A stretch of 62,111 nucleotides of DNA, counting the filler, from Candidatus Fermentibacterota bacterium (GTDB taxonomy: Bacteria > JAFGKV01): the NCBI GenBank assembly GCA_016928395.1. It is 6 parts of 6 records of this genome, joined end to end, with 100 filler letters (N's around TTAATTAATTAA, not from the genome) between each part and the next. Parts side by side here need not be neighbours in the genome. Positions count along the whole stretch, not along the records: positions 57,829 to 62,111 come from JAFGKV010000270.1; 5 more parts are not named here. One strand, given 5' to 3'. The position numbers and the translations under genes are program-made. Under the pieces are notes generated by a model. It made no database searches, had not been told where the DNA came from, and saw only the letters and a list, made by a program, of their open reading frames with translations. Shown here one piece after another: positions 59,661 to 62,111 of the stretch (the stretch's first letter is position 1; every line of letters starts with the position of its first letter).

Positions 59661-60821
59661 ATGACCTCGAGGGAGAGAGTAAGCACGACACTGCGACACC
59701 AGGAACCCGACCGGGTGCCTGTGGACTTCGGCAGCCGCTCTTCGGCCATCGAGGAACAGGCTTATGGGCAATTGCAGGCTCACCTGGGGATAGGGGGAAA
59801 GACGGAGACGTTTCTCCGGTCCCACGCCGTCATGACGGAGGAGATGCTGCGCTTCTTGCACGTTGATACGCGCTGGATTCGGAGCATCCCGCCGGCATCC
59901 TGGATGCGTGACAACAGAGGGGACGTGTATGTCGACCGATGGAATGTCCCCTGGCTTCGCAGGCACGGGAGTCTCTACTACGAGCTCGAGCCGTCACGAT
60001 TGGTGACGATGCAGCACGGGGATATCGAGAAACTGGAGTTCCCAGAGTTGGTCAGCGACGAGATGCTGCTGGACATGCGTGTTCAGGCAGAGAACCACGG
60101 ACACCAAGGCGACTACTCGCTGTGGTGCGACGTGGTCGGAGCGGGAATCTTCGAGAGGGCATGCTATCTTCGGGGTTTCGAGCAGCTGATCGTGGAAATG
60201 ATGGTGGAAAAGAAATTCGCTCACCACTTGTTCGAGAAGATCCTGCACACCGAGATCGTTGCCTACCGCCGGATCCTTGAGGCTATCGGACCGCTTATTG
60301 AGGGTGTTCTGATTACGGAAGACGTTGCCACTCAAGACAGTCTCATGATGTCGCCTGAGACTTACCGCGAAATGCTTGAACCATATCAGAGGCAATTGAT
60401 CGAGAGCATCCAGAGCCGCGGCGTCTCGGTACTGTGGCATTCCTGCGGAGCCGTGCACCCGTTGATACCGGATTTCATCAATATGGGCATCCGAATCCTC
60501 CATCCTATTCAGACCTCGGCCCGGGGCATGTGCCCACGGTGGCTCAAGGAGCAATTTGGGCGAGACCTGGTGTTCTGGGGTGGTGGCTGTGACACGCAGA
60601 CGGTGCTGCAAAGGGCAACGGCGCCCGAGGTGGAAGCAGAGGTGCGACAGAGAATCGCTGAGCTAGGCCCGGGAGGGGGCTTCGTGTTCACCACTACCCA
60701 CTGCATTCAGCCAGGTACGCCGGTGCAGAACATCCTCGCGATGGTGGCTGCGTACAAGCGATTCGGGGCATATCCACTTCTTTCCTCCTGGCCCGAGGGG
60801 AATTCGACGGTCGCCCGGTGA
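59661..60821 (+). CDS. uroporphyrinogen decarboxylase family protein
   Basis: MTSRERV...EPDRVPVD, HSCG, FWGGGCDTQ, HCIQ. Confidence 0.88.
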   Translation: MTSRERVSTTLRHQEPDRVPVDFGSRSSAIEEQAYGQLQAHLGIGGKTETFLRSHAVMTEEMLRFLHVDTRWIRSIPPASWMRDNRGDVYVDRWNVPWLRRHGSLYYELEPSRLVTMQHGDIEKLEFPELVSDEMLLDMRVQAENHGHQGDYSLWCDVVGAGIFERACYLRGFEQLIVEMMVEKKFAHHLFEKILHTEIVAYRRILEAIGPLIEGVLITEDVATQDSLMMSPETYREMLEPYQRQLIESIQSRGVSVLWHSCGAVHPLIPDFINMGIRILHPIQTSARGMCPRWLKEQFGRDLVFWGGGCDTQTVLQRATAPEVEAEVRQRIAELGPGGGFVFTTTHCIQPGTPVQNILAMVAAYKRFGAYPLLSSWPEGNSTVAR

Positions 60822-60931
60822 AGCCGAATTGCGGAAGCAATAGACTTTCGGAGTCTCGGGCAGCGAGGCTGCAGATGCGAGCATCGCCAGGCAGGGAGGG
60901 CTCTTCGACGGCCCGCCTATCCTCTCGCGTG

Positions 60932-60983
60932 TTGACACCCCCGGGGATAATTGTATACTATATTGTAATATTGTTGCACAATG
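60932..60983 (+). promoter_or_regulatory. sigma70 promoter with overlapping operator boxes
   Basis: TTGACA-16-TATACT; ATTGTATACTA and TTGTTGCACAAT boxes. Confidence 0.7.
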
Positions 60984-61004
60984 TGGTGACGGGAGATTGG
61001 GAGC

Positions 61005-62093
61005 ATGACGTGCAAAGAGAGAATCCAGAGCCTACTCAATACGCGCCAGCCAGATAGAGTGCCCTATCACTGCAATTTGACGCGCAGCATCAGGGACCAG
61101 CTTGGTGCATTCTATGGAATAGAGCCTGCGGCAGTCGAGCGTGAGGTCGGCAATCACCTGCTGTACCTCAACTTCAAACAGTTGGAGCAAGCGCAACTGT
61201 CCGGCAGCGCGCGACCGGACAGTGAGAAGCACGAGGGAGGCACCTACAGCTTCAACCTGACGAGAACCAACACTGGCTCACTGATTGACGAGTTTGGCGT
61301 GACCTGGGACAACGAGACAGCCTACGAGACGGGTGATTGGGGCATGGTCGACCATCCGGTCAAGAACATGGAGATCGGATCTTACCGCTTTCCCGACGCG
61401 ACCATCCCTGGCAGGTTCCGTGGAGTCGAGCGGATAGTGAAGGAGAATCCCGATCGGTTCAATGTTCTGCTCATGATTGGGCTGTTCGATACCGCTTGGC
61501 ATGTGACTGGCATCCAAGATCTTCTCATGGGCATGGCTGTCGACGACAAGCGTTTCGTCAATCAGATGCTCGACGGTGCGCTGGAGTTCAACATCGGAAT
61601 CGTTGATCAGATGCCCCCGTACATTGAGGGTGTGCGCTTCATGGAGGACTGGGGGCAGCAAAAGGGTCTGCTCATGGGGGTCGACAACTGGCGACGCTTC
61701 ATCAAGCCACGACTTCGAGAAATGTACGCCGCAGTGAAGCGAAAGGGGGCAGCGGTGATGTCTCACAGTTGCGGAGACATCACAGAGCTGTTCCCGGACT
61801 TGATCGAGTTGGGAGTGGATGTCTCTGATCCCCTGCAGCCTGAAGTCATGGACTTGGCGTTTATCAAGAAGCAGTACGGGCGAGACATCATCCTCTTTGG
61901 AGGGATGGGATGCCAGAGTACACTCCCAACAGGGACTCCCGCAGAGGTGGTGGCGGAAGCCAGGGAGCGCAGGCGAGTACTGGGTGAGGGGGGTGGATAC
62001 ATCCTCGGGTCGGCAGGTTCGATTCCCACTGACGTTCCAATCGAGAATGTGGTCGCACTGTTCGACTATTGCCGGCAGATGGACCATGAGTGA
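61005..62093 (+). CDS. uroporphyrinogen decarboxylase family protein
   Basis: PDRVP, DEFGVTW, EDWGQQ, HSCG, PLQPE, GGGYIL. Confidence 0.88.
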   Translation: MTCKERIQSLLNTRQPDRVPYHCNLTRSIRDQLGAFYGIEPAAVEREVGNHLLYLNFKQLEQAQLSGSARPDSEKHEGGTYSFNLTRTNTGSLIDEFGVTWDNETAYETGDWGMVDHPVKNMEIGSYRFPDATIPGRFRGVERIVKENPDRFNVLLMIGLFDTAWHVTGIQDLLMGMAVDDKRFVNQMLDGALEFNIGIVDQMPPYIEGVRFMEDWGQQKGLLMGVDNWRRFIKPRLREMYAAVKRKGAAVMSHSCGDITELFPDLIELGVDVSDPLQPEVMDLAFIKKQYGRDIILFGGMGCQSTLPTGTPAEVVAEARERRRVLGEGGGYILGSAGSIPTDVPIENVVALFDYCRQMDHE

Positions 62094-62111
62094 CACCGGA
62101 GAGATGACTTC

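Overview
The window is not one locus. It is six contigs of a GC-rich bacterial genome, probably a MAG, joined by artificial 100-nt N/TTAATTAATTAA spacers (contigs 1-7031, 7132-35957, 36058-42664, 42765-50685, 50786-57728, 57829-62111). Secreted proteins with T9SS/FlgD-like C-termini suggest an FCB-group candidate phylum, which is an inference. Three systems stand out. (1) A SynChlorMet-type RiPP cassette (PqqD/RRE, radical SAM/SPASM, decayed second radical SAM, S26 peptidase fused to an HprK-like kinase) lies behind a strong candidate precursor peptide with a YxxPxL leader and seven CxxG repeats. (2) A hidden selenoprotein candidate is split in two by the ORF track: an in-frame UGA forms a UxxC thioredoxin/Omp28-like motif, with a SECIS-like hairpin, in a secreted FG-GAP-repeat protein. 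(3) A diversity-generating retroelement consists of a surface lipoprotein with an FGE-type C-lectin variable region, a downstream hairpin, HRDC, Avd and RT. It sits in an array of paralogous modular lipoproteins interrupted by an AbiE toxin-antitoxin pair; its RT breaks off at the contig end and the template repeat is not in the window. The rest is accessory and housekeeping genes: peptidases, HDAC, a low-GC KamA gene, a CHAT-TPR protease, VapBC, and three URO-D-like paralogs with shared operators. Several families of dispersed intergenic repeats are also present.
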